Shown in pieces: positions 16,338 to 25,249 of a stretch of DNA of 56,569 nucleotides (positions are counted from its first letter, which is position 1; every line of letters begins with the position of its first letter). Source of the DNA: Candidatus Limnocylindrus sp. (GTDB taxonomy: Bacteria > Chloroflexota > Limnocylindria > Limnocylindrales > Limnocylindraceae); the NCBI GenBank assembly GCA_040397175.1, contig JBBAWM010000005.1:1-56569 (forward strand), in the 5' to 3' direction. Below the pieces are notes generated by a model. It did not search any database and had not been told where the DNA came from. It saw nothing but the letters and a program-made list of their open reading frames with translations. Made by a program: the position numbers and the translations under genes.

Positions 16338-17926
16338 TACGCCTCCCCTCGCTTGCTCTTCAAGATCTCGAGTGCGGCGAGTCGGCCTGGGGCCGCCATG
16401 ATGCCGCCGCCCGGATGGGCCGAGGAGCTGGCGAGCCAGTAGTCGCGAATTGGTGTCTTGTAGCGCGACCAGCCGCTGACCGGTCGGTTGAAGGCCATCT
16501 GCTGCACCAGGATCTCGCCTTGGAAGATGTTCCCTTCGGTGAGGCCGATGGTGCGCTCGAGGTCGAGCGGGGTCATGATCTGGCGCCCCACGATCTTGTC
16601 GCGGAAGTCGGGGGCGAATTCGGAGATGGTGTCGACGACGAGATCACCGAACTGCTCCTTGATGTTGTCCCAGCCGCCGTGCTCTGGCGCCAACTTATGC
16701 GGCGCGTACTGCACGAACGCCGTGGCCACGTGCTTCCCTGGCGGGGCCATCGATGGGTCGACCAACGTTGGAATCAACATGTCGAGGAATGGGCGCTTGC
16801 TCGGGTGGCCGTGCTTCGCATCGTCGTAGGCGCGCTCCATATAGTCCGGGCTTGGCGAGATGCTGACGGTGCCCATCAGGTGGCCGTTCCCTGGAGGGGC
16901 CGCTGTAAAGGTTGGCAAGCCGTCGAGGGCGAAGTTCACCTTTGCCGAGCTGCCGCGGAACTTGAAGTTGCGAATCGCCGTTTCAAAGTCTGTTGGCAGC
17001 GAGCCAGCCGGAAGCATGTCGAGGAAGGTGTGCTTCGCGTCAGCCGCCGAGACGATGGTGTCGCCGTAGACCTCTTCGCCCGATTCGAGCACCACACCGA
17101 TCGCCTTATCGCCGCGCAGCAGCACCTGCTTCACTGGCGCGCCGGTGCGGGTGATTGCGCCAAACGACTGCGCTGCGCTGGCGATCGCCGCCGCCACGGC
17201 GCCAGTGCCACCCTGCGGCAGCGCCCACTCGCGGAACGAACCGTCGATCTCGCCGAAGTAGTGATGCAAGAAGACCATCCCAGTGCCCGGCGACTTGATG
17301 CCCAAGAAGGTCCCGATGATGCCCGATGCCGACATGGTGCCAATGAGCGGTTCACCTTCAAACCAGCGGCGTAAGAAGTCGTAGGCGCTCCCGGTGATCA
17401 AATCGAGAAGGGCACCCTTGGTGCGCAGCGGAAGCTGTCCAAAGTCCTTGGCGAGGCCCGCGTACTCCAACCACTCCTTCGGATCGCCATACGGGTCGGG
17501 TGCTGGCATGTCGATGGCGGGGCGAATGAAGCGGGTGATGTCGGTGACAGTCTGCTTGAAGTCGTCGTAGTTGTCGGCGTCGCGGTGCGACCACTTGCGA
17601 ATCTCGCGCAGCGTGTCGGCGTGATCGGTGCGGCGATCAAGGTAGCCGTCCCAGTGCGGCGTGTAGGTGCCGACCGACGGCGCCATCTGCAGGCCGTGCT
17701 TGGCGAGGTCGAGCTCGCGAATCACCTGCGGGCGCAGCAGGCTCACGAGGTACGAGGCGACCGAGAACTTGTAGCCCGGCACAGGCGATTCGGTGAGGGT
17801 GGCGCCACCCAGAACGGAGCGGCGCTCGAGGACGATGACCTTGAGTCCGGCCTTCGCGAGATACGCCGCGGTAGTGAGGCCGTTATGCCCACCACCCACA
17901 ACGATCGCGTCGTACCGTTCTGCCAC
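16337..17926 (-). CDS. Phytoene desaturase-like FAD oxidoreductase (subunit A)
   Basis: YDAIVVGGGHNGLTTAAYLA; MTPLDLERTIGLTEGNIFQGE; AHPGGGIMAAPG. GTG start at 17926 with SD GGAGG. Confidence 0.88.
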   Translation of the reverse strand: MAERYDAIVVGGGHNGLTTAAYLAKAGLKVIVLERRSVLGGATLTESPVPGYKFSVASYLVSLLRPQVIRELDLAKHGLQMAPSVGTYTPHWDGYLDRRTDHADTLREIRKWSHRDADNYDDFKQTVTDITRFIRPAIDMPAPDPYGDPKEWLEYAGLAKDFGQLPLRTKGALLDLITGSAYDFLRRWFEGEPLIGTMSASGIIGTFLGIKSPGTGMVFLHHYFGEIDGSFREWALPQGGTGAVAAAIASAAQSFGAITRTGAPVKQVLLRGDKAIGVVLESGEEVYGDTIVSAADAKHTFLDMLPAGSLPTDFETAIRNFKFRGSSAKVNFALDGLPTFTAAPPGNGHLMGTVSISPSPDYMERAYDDAKHGHPSKRPFLDMLIPTLVDPSMAPPGKHVATAFVQYAPHKLAPEHGGWDNIKEQFGDLVVDTISEFAPDFRDKIVGRQIMTPLDLERTIGLTEGNIFQGEILVQQMAFNRPVSGWSRYKTPIRDYWLASSSAHPGGGIMAAPGRLAALEILKSKRGEA

Positions 17927-18012
17927 TGTCCCTCCCAACCTCGCCCCGAATCGCTAGGATGCGGGTGCGGGCAATGGTACCGCCTAGGCCGCTGAGTGAG
18001 AGGGAGGGATGC

Positions 18013-19203
18013 ATGCCGCGCGAGACACCGTTCCACTCCCGCACGGCCGAACTGAACCAGGCTCGCCGCTGGCGCAACTGGTCCGGATTCTTCATCGCCG
18101 ACTCGTACATGCCCGCCCATGACCTGGAATACCATGCGGTCCGCTTCTCGGCCGCCCTCTTCGATATCACCCCAATGTGCAAGTACCGGCTGACCGGCCC
18201 CGACGCCGCCAAGCTGGTCGAGCGCGTCATCACCCGCCGCGCAGATCGCATCAAGCCGATGAAGGTCATCTACACCCCATGGTGCGATGAGACCGGTCGC
18301 GTGCTCGATGACGGCACCGTTGCGCTGCTCTCTGATGGCTCCTACTTCTGGACCTCCGCTGAGCCGCAGCACGGCTGGCTTGAGGCCGCATCTGAAGGCC
18401 TGAACGTCACCATTGAAGACCAGACCGAAACGATCTGCGGCCTTTCGCTGCAGGGGCCGCGTTCGCGCGAGGTGCTCTCCGCCGCCGTTGGGCGCGACAT
18501 GAGCGACCTCGGCTTCTTCGGCCGCGCCGATGTCACCATCGGCGGCGTTGCCGTGGGCGTGTCGCGCACCGGCTACTCCGGCGATCTCGGCTACGAGCTC
18601 TTCATGCCGTTCGGCACGGCGCTCCCCGTGTGGGATGCGCTGATCGCGGCGGGCGGGGCGCACACGCTGCGCGTTGCTGGCATGGAGGCGCTCGACGTGG
18701 CGCGACTCGAGGCGGGCCTGATCATGGCCGGCGTCGACTACTTCTCGTCACGCACCGCACATCATCCGAGCCAGGCGGTCTCGCCGTACGAGATCGGCTT
18801 CGACCGACTCGTGGACCTCGACAAGTCGTCGTTCATTGGCAAGCGCGCCCTCATGGATGAGGTCGCAGCAGGCGGGCCCCCTGATCGACTCGTAGGCCTC
18901 GAGCTCGACTTGAATGTGTTCGAGAACGCCTACCTCGACCTTGGATACCCGATCGAGCATCCGTTGCGCGCCTGGCGCAAGGTGATTCCGCTCACGCGCA
19001 AGGGCGAGACGATTGGCCGTGCCACGAGCGGCACCTTCTCGCCGCTACTGAAGCGCTCTATTGCCCTCGGACGACTCCCAGCAAAGCACGCTGTTCCGGG
19101 CACGATCGTTGGCCTTGAGTGGGCGATTGAAGAGACCCGCCACGAGATTCCCGCGACCGTGGTGCCGCTCCCCTTCCTCGACCTGCCGCGCAAGCGCAGC
19201 TAG
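18013..19203 (+). CDS. Aminomethyltransferase/GcvT-family folate-binding protein (possible demethylase)
   Basis: TPFH, LFDITPM, LDDGTV, LQGPRS, SRTGYSGDLGYE, RLEAG, FIGKRAL; no gcvH/gcvP in the window. Confidence 0.88.
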   Translation: MPRETPFHSRTAELNQARRWRNWSGFFIADSYMPAHDLEYHAVRFSAALFDITPMCKYRLTGPDAAKLVERVITRRADRIKPMKVIYTPWCDETGRVLDDGTVALLSDGSYFWTSAEPQHGWLEAASEGLNVTIEDQTETICGLSLQGPRSREVLSAAVGRDMSDLGFFGRADVTIGGVAVGVSRTGYSGDLGYELFMPFGTALPVWDALIAAGGAHTLRVAGMEALDVARLEAGLIMAGVDYFSSRTAHHPSQAVSPYEIGFDRLVDLDKSSFIGKRALMDEVAAGGPPDRLVGLELDLNVFENAYLDLGYPIEHPLRAWRKVIPLTRKGETIGRATSGTFSPLLKRSIALGRLPAKHAVPGTIVGLEWAIEETRHEIPATVVPLPFLDLPRKRS

Positions 19204-19222
19204 GTCGCGGAAGTCGCTGCGG

Positions 19223-20017
19223 CTAGAGCCGCGCCGCTCGCTCTAGGGGAATTCCCCACGCCGCACTGATGCGCTCGGCGGTCAACACTTCCTTCGGCGT
19301 GCCGTCCGCGGCAATTGTGCCGTTGGCGACAAGGATCACGCGTGAGAATCCATCGCGAACGATGTCGAGCTCGTGGAAGATTGCGACGATGGTGCGCTTT
19401 GTTTTCATGATGGTTTCATCGCCGGCAAGACTGCTGAGAAGATCGGCAATCTCCATGCGGTGACGCAGATCAAGGTGTGCGGTTGGCTCATCGAGCGCGA
19501 GGATCGGCGTCTCTTGCGCGAGGCCCAGTGCGATGGCGGCGAGCTGCCGCTCTCCGGCACTGAGGGTGCGCACATCACGGCGCTGGAGTTGCGTTGCGCC
19601 AACTCGCTCGATGGCGGCGTTGGCCCGCTCGCGATCATGCTCGCTTGGTCCACCTGGGCCGTGGCCGTGTGGAATGCGACCGAGTGCAACAAGTTCATCG
19701 ACGCGCGTTTCGAATGGCAATATGATGTCAGAGCTCACCACGGCGATCGAGCGCGCAATCGTTTCGCGCGAGAGGTTCTGGATCGGTTCGGTGCAGAGGA
19801 TTACCTCGCCGGAGGTTGCTGCGACCGTGCCGCTCAGTGCGCGCATCAACGTAGTCTTGCCAGCGCCGTTCGGGCCAACGATGGCCACGCGCTCCCCTGG
19901 TCCGATACTGAGAGAGACGTCCTGCAGGATCGTGGTGCCGCCCAGGTCGACGCGCAGGTCGTGTGCGCCAAGCAGTTCGTACGGTGCGGATTCGTTGTTG
20001 TTCGTGTTGGCGCTCAT
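19223..20017 (-). CDS. btuD: Cobalamin ABC transporter ATP-binding protein (BtuD-like)
   Basis: GPNGAGKT, LSAGE, LDEPTAHLD; downstream of a cobalamin riboswitch. Confidence 0.82.
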   Translation of the reverse strand: MSANTNNNESAPYELLGAHDLRVDLGGTTILQDVSLSIGPGERVAIVGPNGAGKTTLMRALSGTVAATSGEVILCTEPIQNLSRETIARSIAVVSSDIILPFETRVDELVALGRIPHGHGPGGPSEHDRERANAAIERVGATQLQRRDVRTLSAGERQLAAIALGLAQETPILALDEPTAHLDLRHRMEIADLLSSLAGDETIMKTKRTIVAIFHELDIVRDGFSRVILVANGTIAADGTPKEVLTAERISAAWGIPLERAARL

Positions 20018-21030
20018 AGGGCGTACCCGGCGCGAGCGCGATGCAGCAGCCAGAGCAGGAACGGCGCACCGATGAGCGCAGTGATCACGCCCACGGGGAC
20101 GCCAATGGTGCGGGCAACCGTGTCGGCGAGGAGCAGGAGGAGCGCGCCGCCGATCGCCGAAAGCGGCAGCACGGCGCGTGGGTCGGAGCCAACGGCGAGG
20201 CGGGCGAGGTGCGGCACAACGAGACCAACGAAGCCGACCAGGCCCGCGAGGGCAACGGCCGAGGCGGTGGCAAGGGTGGCAAGCGCCACGGCGATCCGTC
20301 GCTCGCGGCGCACATCAATGCCAAGGTGGGTCGCCGCCTCATCACCCAGCAGGAATGCCGCAAGCGCACGACCACGACGGGCGAGAAGCAGAGTGGCGAG
20401 GGCGATCGGTACGACGGCGGCGGCAAGGCGCGGCCAGGTGACACCATCGAGACCGCCGAGCAAGAAGCCGAAGATCGCGCGCAGGTTCGCGCCACTCGCG
20501 AGCATCACCAGCGAGAGCGCCGCGGCGAGCAGCGAGGCGACGGCGTAGCCCACCAGCAACACGCTGGCGATGCGCTCCTCACCGCTACCGATGCCAGCGA
20601 TGCGCCAGACCAGCGCCACCGAGGCGAGTGCGCCGATGAATGCGGCGAGCTGCACACCACCGAGCTCCCAGGCGACGCCGGTGACGGGTACGAGGAACGC
20701 AATAGCGGCACCCAGTGCGGCGCCGCTACTGGTGCCGAGCACATACGGATCGGCGAGTGGATTGCGCAGCAGCGACTGGAATGCGGCACCCGATGTTGCG
20801 AGCGCTGCGCCCACCGCGATCGCGGCGAGGATGCGCGGCAGGCGAATCTCCATGACGATCGATGACGATCCAGCGTTGAGGTTGCCGCCAACAGGCAGGC
20901 CGAAGAGGCTCTTGCCAATGATTGCGAGCACGTCGAGTGGCGCGATGTTCGCAACGCCAAAGCCGATGGCGCCGATGGCCACCACGAAGAGCGCTGCAAT
21001 CGTGACGCCGATGCTTCGCTGGGTACGCAT
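20014..21030 (-). CDS. btuC: Cobalamin ABC transporter permease (FecCD/BtuC)
   Basis: IRLPR, RNPLADPYVLG, GDEAATHLG, GFVGLVVPH. Confidence 0.85.
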   Translation of the reverse strand: MRTQRSIGVTIAALFVVAIGAIGFGVANIAPLDVLAIIGKSLFGLPVGGNLNAGSSSIVMEIRLPRILAAIAVGAALATSGAAFQSLLRNPLADPYVLGTSSGAALGAAIAFLVPVTGVAWELGGVQLAAFIGALASVALVWRIAGIGSGEERIASVLLVGYAVASLLAAALSLVMLASGANLRAIFGFLLGGLDGVTWPRLAAAVVPIALATLLLARRGRALAAFLLGDEAATHLGIDVRRERRIAVALATLATASAVALAGLVGFVGLVVPHLARLAVGSDPRAVLPLSAIGGALLLLLADTVARTIGVPVGVITALIGAPFLLWLLHRARAGYAL

Positions 21031-21032
21031 GG

Positions 21033-21995
21033 TTATGGCAGGGTCACCGTTGGGTGGAGCTGCGCCACGATGGCGCGGAACGCCGCCGCGATCCGTGGTC
21101 CAGGTGTTGAGACTAGGTCGCCATCAATCGGTCGAAGCGCACCGCTGACTACCGCGGGGATGGTGCCCCAGCCTGGCCGCGCCGCTACCGCCTCGGCCGT
21201 TACGCCGTAGGCGGCATCGCCGAGCAGAATCACCGCAGGGGCCGCCGTCACCAGCGCCTCGAGCGAGATCTCGTAGACGCCGTTTGTGCCGCTCGTGATC
21301 AGATCCCCCCGTGCGGCACCGATCAGTTCGGCGGCGTAGTCATCCGGGGCAAGGCCGTAGATGGCGCCGGACGCATCGATCTCGTAGAAGACGCGTACGG
21401 GTGGCGCGCTGGTGACCAGCGCCGTGATTGCAGCGATATCTGCTTTGGCGGCGGTGATCGCGTCGGCGGCGGTGACGCTGGCACCCGCCGCATCGCCGAT
21501 GAGCTGCAGCGTGGTGTACACACCGCTCACGCTCTTTGGATCAAGGGTGACCAGGGTGATGTTGGCAGCCTTGAGTTGCGTGATCGCATCGTCAGGGGTG
21601 AAGCCCGATCCACCCACGAACACCAGGTCGGGGTTGAGGGCGATGATCGCTTCGACGTTGGTGCCGTTGTAATTGGCGACCTGTTTTGTTGCGGTGAAGG
21701 CGGCGGGGAGGCAGCTGCAGGCGGCAACTCCAACGACGCTTGTGCCGAGGCCCCACTGATCGAGTGACTCAACGCTGGCGGGAGTGAGTGCCACGATGCG
21801 CTGCGGCTTCGCGGCAATCGTTACCGACGTACCGGCATCGTCAACAACGGTCCGCGGATACTGCGCCTCCACAATTGTGGTGGGGCTCACTGGTACCAGT
21901 GAGTTGGTGACACTGGCGCATGCGCCAACAAGGAGTGCTACGAGGAGCAGTAGGGTGAATCGGAAAAACTGGTGCGCGCGAACGAAAGCAGTCAT
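21033..21995 (-). CDS. btuF: Cobalamin-binding lipoprotein (BtuF-like)
   Basis: Lipobox VGAC; PQRIVALTP; NVEAIIALNPDLV; PGPRI. Confidence 0.82.
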   Translation of the reverse strand: MTAFVRAHQFFRFTLLLLVALLVGACASVTNSLVPVSPTTIVEAQYPRTVVDDAGTSVTIAAKPQRIVALTPASVESLDQWGLGTSVVGVAACSCLPAAFTATKQVANYNGTNVEAIIALNPDLVFVGGSGFTPDDAITQLKAANITLVTLDPKSVSGVYTTLQLIGDAAGASVTAADAITAAKADIAAITALVTSAPPVRVFYEIDASGAIYGLAPDDYAAELIGAARGDLITSGTNGVYEISLEALVTAAPAVILLGDAAYGVTAEAVAARPGWGTIPAVVSGALRPIDGDLVSTPGPRIAAAFRAIVAQLHPTVTLP

Positions 21996-22033
21996 AGCTT
22001 CCTCCCTTGCCTCGAGGGCCTAAGCGTTTTTAT

Positions 22034-22125
22034 GCCGCGTGTCCGACGACCGGACTTATGGGAGTTACTCCCAATAACCGTTGCGGGACAGTGCTGGAAT
22101 CTCACCAGCTTCGCGTCCACGCGGC
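22034..22125 (-). ncRNA. Cobalamin riboswitch (compact form)
   Basis: Minus strand GAAGCTGGTGAGATTCCAGCACTGTCCCGCAACGGT...AAGTCCG B12-box-like elements, closed by a GCCGCGTG/CACGCGGC helix, upstream of btuF. Confidence 0.9.
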
Positions 22126-22236
22126 GTTGCTGCGGGGACTCTATCACCTGGCATTGGGCTGTGCAGACGCGGCGAATACGCGCGTGGTGCGAGAGTGCGC
22201 CTCCGCCCTCGCCCCCGCGTTCACCTTGGAGGGAGC

Positions 22237-22965
22237 ATGGTCGGAGTAGTTCTCCTCGCCGCAGCAATCACCTTCACACCGCCATCGGAAGGCGCAGTGG
22301 TCTTCGCCAATCGCACGGCGTTCGCCGAAGGGTGTACGGGCACCGTCAACACCCTCCCTGACCGATTCGCGCGGCAGGCGCGCACGGCGTTCGCTGGGCT
22401 CGGCTGGGAGGTTGGTGGGGCCGTTGGGCCGACCTTTACGCGCCGGGCCGTAGTAGCCGGGGCGGCCTCCGCCGCCTTCTACGTGCATAGCCACGGCGAT
22501 CTCTATTGGGAGACAAAGGCCGAGAGTCGCGTCGGGGGCTTTCGCGCCGATGCCGGGCTCTGCCTCGGCGCGCCGATCATCTTCCCCTCAGAGATCGCAG
22601 CGATGCGACGTGGCGCACCGCCTGCATCGCTCGTGTACATCTCGAGCTGTCATAACGGCGAACGCGCCTCGCGACTTCCCGCCGCATTCGGCATCGCCCA
22701 GCGCAAGGTTCAGGGTCTCAATGAGCCCGACTCCTTCTATGTCGGCTACGTCGGCATTGCATGGCAGGGCGTCGCGCTTCGTTTCGAGCGTGCCTTCTGG
22801 CGCGGACTTCTCGATGGTGTACCAGCCGGTGCAGCGTTTGATCGCGCACTCCTCGTTGCCTACGACCCAGAGCACCTGGTCCCCGAGTGGTGGGGAGGCT
22901 ACAGCCACATGCCACACGCGCGAACGACCGACCTCCCCGATCTCGGAGCGCAACGGTATGTGTAA
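22237..22965 (+). CDS. Putative exported caspase/gingipain-fold (clan CD-like) cysteine peptidase; start may be GTG at 22195
   Basis: Hydrophobic N-terminus; AFYVHSHG and LVYISSCHNG His-Gly/Cys motifs after beta-strands; FYVGY...FERAFWRGLLDG..AG.AF resembles the CHAT C-terminal region. Confidence 0.5.
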   Translation: MVGVVLLAAAITFTPPSEGAVVFANRTAFAEGCTGTVNTLPDRFARQARTAFAGLGWEVGGAVGPTFTRRAVVAGAASAAFYVHSHGDLYWETKAESRVGGFRADAGLCLGAPIIFPSEIAAMRRGAPPASLVYISSCHNGERASRLPAAFGIAQRKVQGLNEPDSFYVGYVGIAWQGVALRFERAFWRGLLDGVPAGAAFDRALLVAYDPEHLVPEWWGGYSHMPHARTTDLPDLGAQRYV

Positions 22966-23776
22966 GGTTCGCTGGTCGTTGGCTCTCTTGGTTGGGCTCG
23001 TGGCTGCGTGCAGCGCACCAGGAGCAGCAATCGCACCGAGCGACACTCCGCAGTCGATACGCGCTGGCCTGAACTTTCGGCCCATCGCGACCGTGGCCAC
23101 GACACTCGTTGAGCCACTTGAGTTACGCGGTTTAGTGGCCACGCCAATCAGCGTGGTGCGCAGCGACGCTGGTGAGCAGCGCATCCGTCAGCTACTCGTC
23201 GGCGCGGGGGGTATTGAGGCGTTGCGTGTTGAGAGTGCGCTCGACGGATCGCTTCGCCTGATCGCAAAGAGTGGTGTGCCCTTTGAGGGCGGTGGGCTCA
23301 CTCCAAGCGTTGCCGCTGCGCGCGCGCTCCGTCACCTGCTGCGGGTAGGGCTCGAGATCCCGGCTGGCGGTCCATCGGTGCGCGCGGCCGCCGGGCGCAC
23401 GCTCGTCACCTGGACCCGGCAGGTTCGCGGTGTACCGGTGCCCAACGACGGGACACGCGTGGTGCTCAACGGTGCTGGCGCGCTCGTTGGCATCTCGATT
23501 GAGGAGTCACCCCTCGCCGCCCCGCCGGCGCGCATCGTTCCGGGCGAAGGGGCGGTGCGTGCCGCAACAGGCTTGCTGCCGAGTGGCACCTCAGTCGATG
23601 AGAGTCCCGTGCTGGCCTGGGTAGCCCCGACAGAGGAGGGCGATGAGTTGACCCTTGGGCGTGTGCTGCGCCGCCTCGCTTGGTGTGTGCGCGGCGAGTT
23701 TCGTGATGGGACCGAGTTTGAGATGCAGCTGGACGCTGGAAGCCTGGCGCTACTCGGGTGGGATGGAGCGCCGTAG
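22958..23776 (+). CDS. Lipoprotein with FTP- and PepSY-like propeptide domains, no catalytic domain
   Basis: Lipobox VAAC; WTRQVRGVPV..DGTRVVLNGAG (FTP-like); EGAVRAA...PVLAWV...RLAWCV...QLDAGSLALL (PepSY-like); overlaps the upstream gene. Confidence 0.6.
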   Translation: MCKVRWSLALLVGLVAACSAPGAAIAPSDTPQSIRAGLNFRPIATVATTLVEPLELRGLVATPISVVRSDAGEQRIRQLLVGAGGIEALRVESALDGSLRLIAKSGVPFEGGGLTPSVAAARALRHLLRVGLEIPAGGPSVRAAAGRTLVTWTRQVRGVPVPNDGTRVVLNGAGALVGISIEESPLAAPPARIVPGEGAVRAATGLLPSGTSVDESPVLAWVAPTEEGDELTLGRVLRRLAWCVRGEFRDGTEFEMQLDAGSLALLGWDGAP

Positions 23777-23783
23777 GGCGGGC

Positions 23784-25247
23784 TTAGCCGCGGGCGAGTC
23801 GCTCACCGATCACCAGCAGTTCGTCGCGGAGCTCTGCAGAGGTCGCTTCGGCGTAGACCCGGACGAGCGGCTCGGTGCCGCTAAAACGGACGAGCAGCCA
23901 GCTGCCGTCGGTCGTGAAGAACTTCACGCCGTCCTTGGTGGTGAGTGGCACGGCGCGCACCGAGTGGCTACCGATGTTGCTTGGTGGGTTGCCGACGAGT
24001 TCGGTCGCGAGTCGCTCCTTCACCGCTGGGTAGGCGGCTCGGTCGATATGCACGTCAACGCGCAGGTAGTACGAGGCGCCCGCGATGGAGGCAACGTGCT
24101 CCATGACCGAGCTCATCGTTGGGCGCCCGAGCGCGCGCTCGCGGATCAGCAGGTCAAGAAGCAGCAGGTCGGCGAAGATGCCGTCGCGCTCGGGGAGGTG
24201 CATCTTGAAGCCGTAGCCGCCCGACTCCTCGCCGCCCATCGAGGCACCGGTCTCGATCATCTTTGGGCCAACGTACTTAAAGCCGACCGGCGTCTCATGC
24301 ACCGTGACGTTGTAGCGTTCGCCGAGGCGTTCCCCCATGGAACTCTCGTTGACCGTCTTCACGATTGGGCTGAGATCCTTCTTGTGTTCGAGCATGTAGT
24401 ACGCCAGTAGCCCGAACACTTGGAGTTGATGCAAAAAGTTGCCACGCTCGTCAACGGCACCAGCGCGATCGGCATCGCCATCAAGGAGCATGCCCATGTC
24501 GTAGCCGCCGCCCGCCATGCGCGCGAGCACCGGGTCAATGTGTGGTCGAATCGGCTCGGGATTCACGCCGCCAAACCACGGATTGCGCTCGCTGCGCATC
24601 TCATCGACCACGATGTTGCCGCCCGCAAGGAGTCGCCCGATCCAACCTGCGCCCGCGCCGTAGACCGGGTCGACCATGATGCGCATGTTCTGGGCAGCAA
24701 TCGACTTCAGGTCAAGGTTGCGTTCAACGAATTTCTTGTAGCCCGGGTACGGGTCGTAGTGCTCAACCAGACCGGCCGCTTCGGCGTCGGCGAATGGCCG
24801 GCCAACGAGTTCGGGTCCTCGGGTGCTCGCCACATGCGCCTCGATGCGCTTCAGTAAGTCTGGCCCGGCGGCGGCGCCAGTTGGTGATTTCACCTTGAAG
24901 CCGTTATCCATCCACGGGTTATGGCTGGCGGTGATCACCACGCCCATCGCCGCGCTGCGCATCACCACCTCGTATGAGGCCATCTGGGTTGGCACATCGG
25001 TGCGCGAGTAGGCCACCGGAATGCCGTGGGCGAGGAGGATCTCGGCGGCGGCGATCGCAAACTCTTCGGAGCCGAAGCGGCGGTCGTAGGCGATCACGAC
25101 GCTCTTGGCAGTCGCTCCATCCTCCTCCACCACACGTGCGACACCCTCAGCGAGTCGGCGAACGTTCTCGAAGGTGTACTCGTCACCAATCTTGGCCCGC
25201 CAACCGTCGGTGCCGAAGAGGATCTTTGTTGGCTCACCGACGCCCAT
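23784..25247 (-). CDS. Phosphoglucomutase/phosphomannomutase
   Basis: FGTDGWR, TASHNP, DGDADR, GGEESGG, RFSGTEP. Confidence 0.93.
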   Translation of the reverse strand: MGVGEPTKILFGTDGWRAKIGDEYTFENVRRLAEGVARVVEEDGATAKSVVIAYDRRFGSEEFAIAAAEILLAHGIPVAYSRTDVPTQMASYEVVMRSAAMGVVITASHNPWMDNGFKVKSPTGAAAGPDLLKRIEAHVASTRGPELVGRPFADAEAAGLVEHYDPYPGYKKFVERNLDLKSIAAQNMRIMVDPVYGAGAGWIGRLLAGGNIVVDEMRSERNPWFGGVNPEPIRPHIDPVLARMAGGGYDMGMLLDGDADRAGAVDERGNFLHQLQVFGLLAYYMLEHKKDLSPIVKTVNESSMGERLGERYNVTVHETPVGFKYVGPKMIETGASMGGEESGGYGFKMHLPERDGIFADLLLLDLLIRERALGRPTMSSVMEHVASIAGASYYLRVDVHIDRAAYPAVKERLATELVGNPPSNIGSHSVRAVPLTTKDGVKFFTTDGSWLLVRFSGTEPLVRVYAEATSAELRDELLVIGERLARG

Positions 25248-25249
25248 CG

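Noticed and set aside
14604-17926. Carotenoid biosynthesis (crtI)
   Set aside because: No crtB/crtE/crtY nearby; the paired arrangement with a GcvT homolog points to another function.
18013-19203. Glycine cleavage system gcvT
   Set aside because: No gcvH, gcvP or glycine riboswitch in the window; called at family level only.
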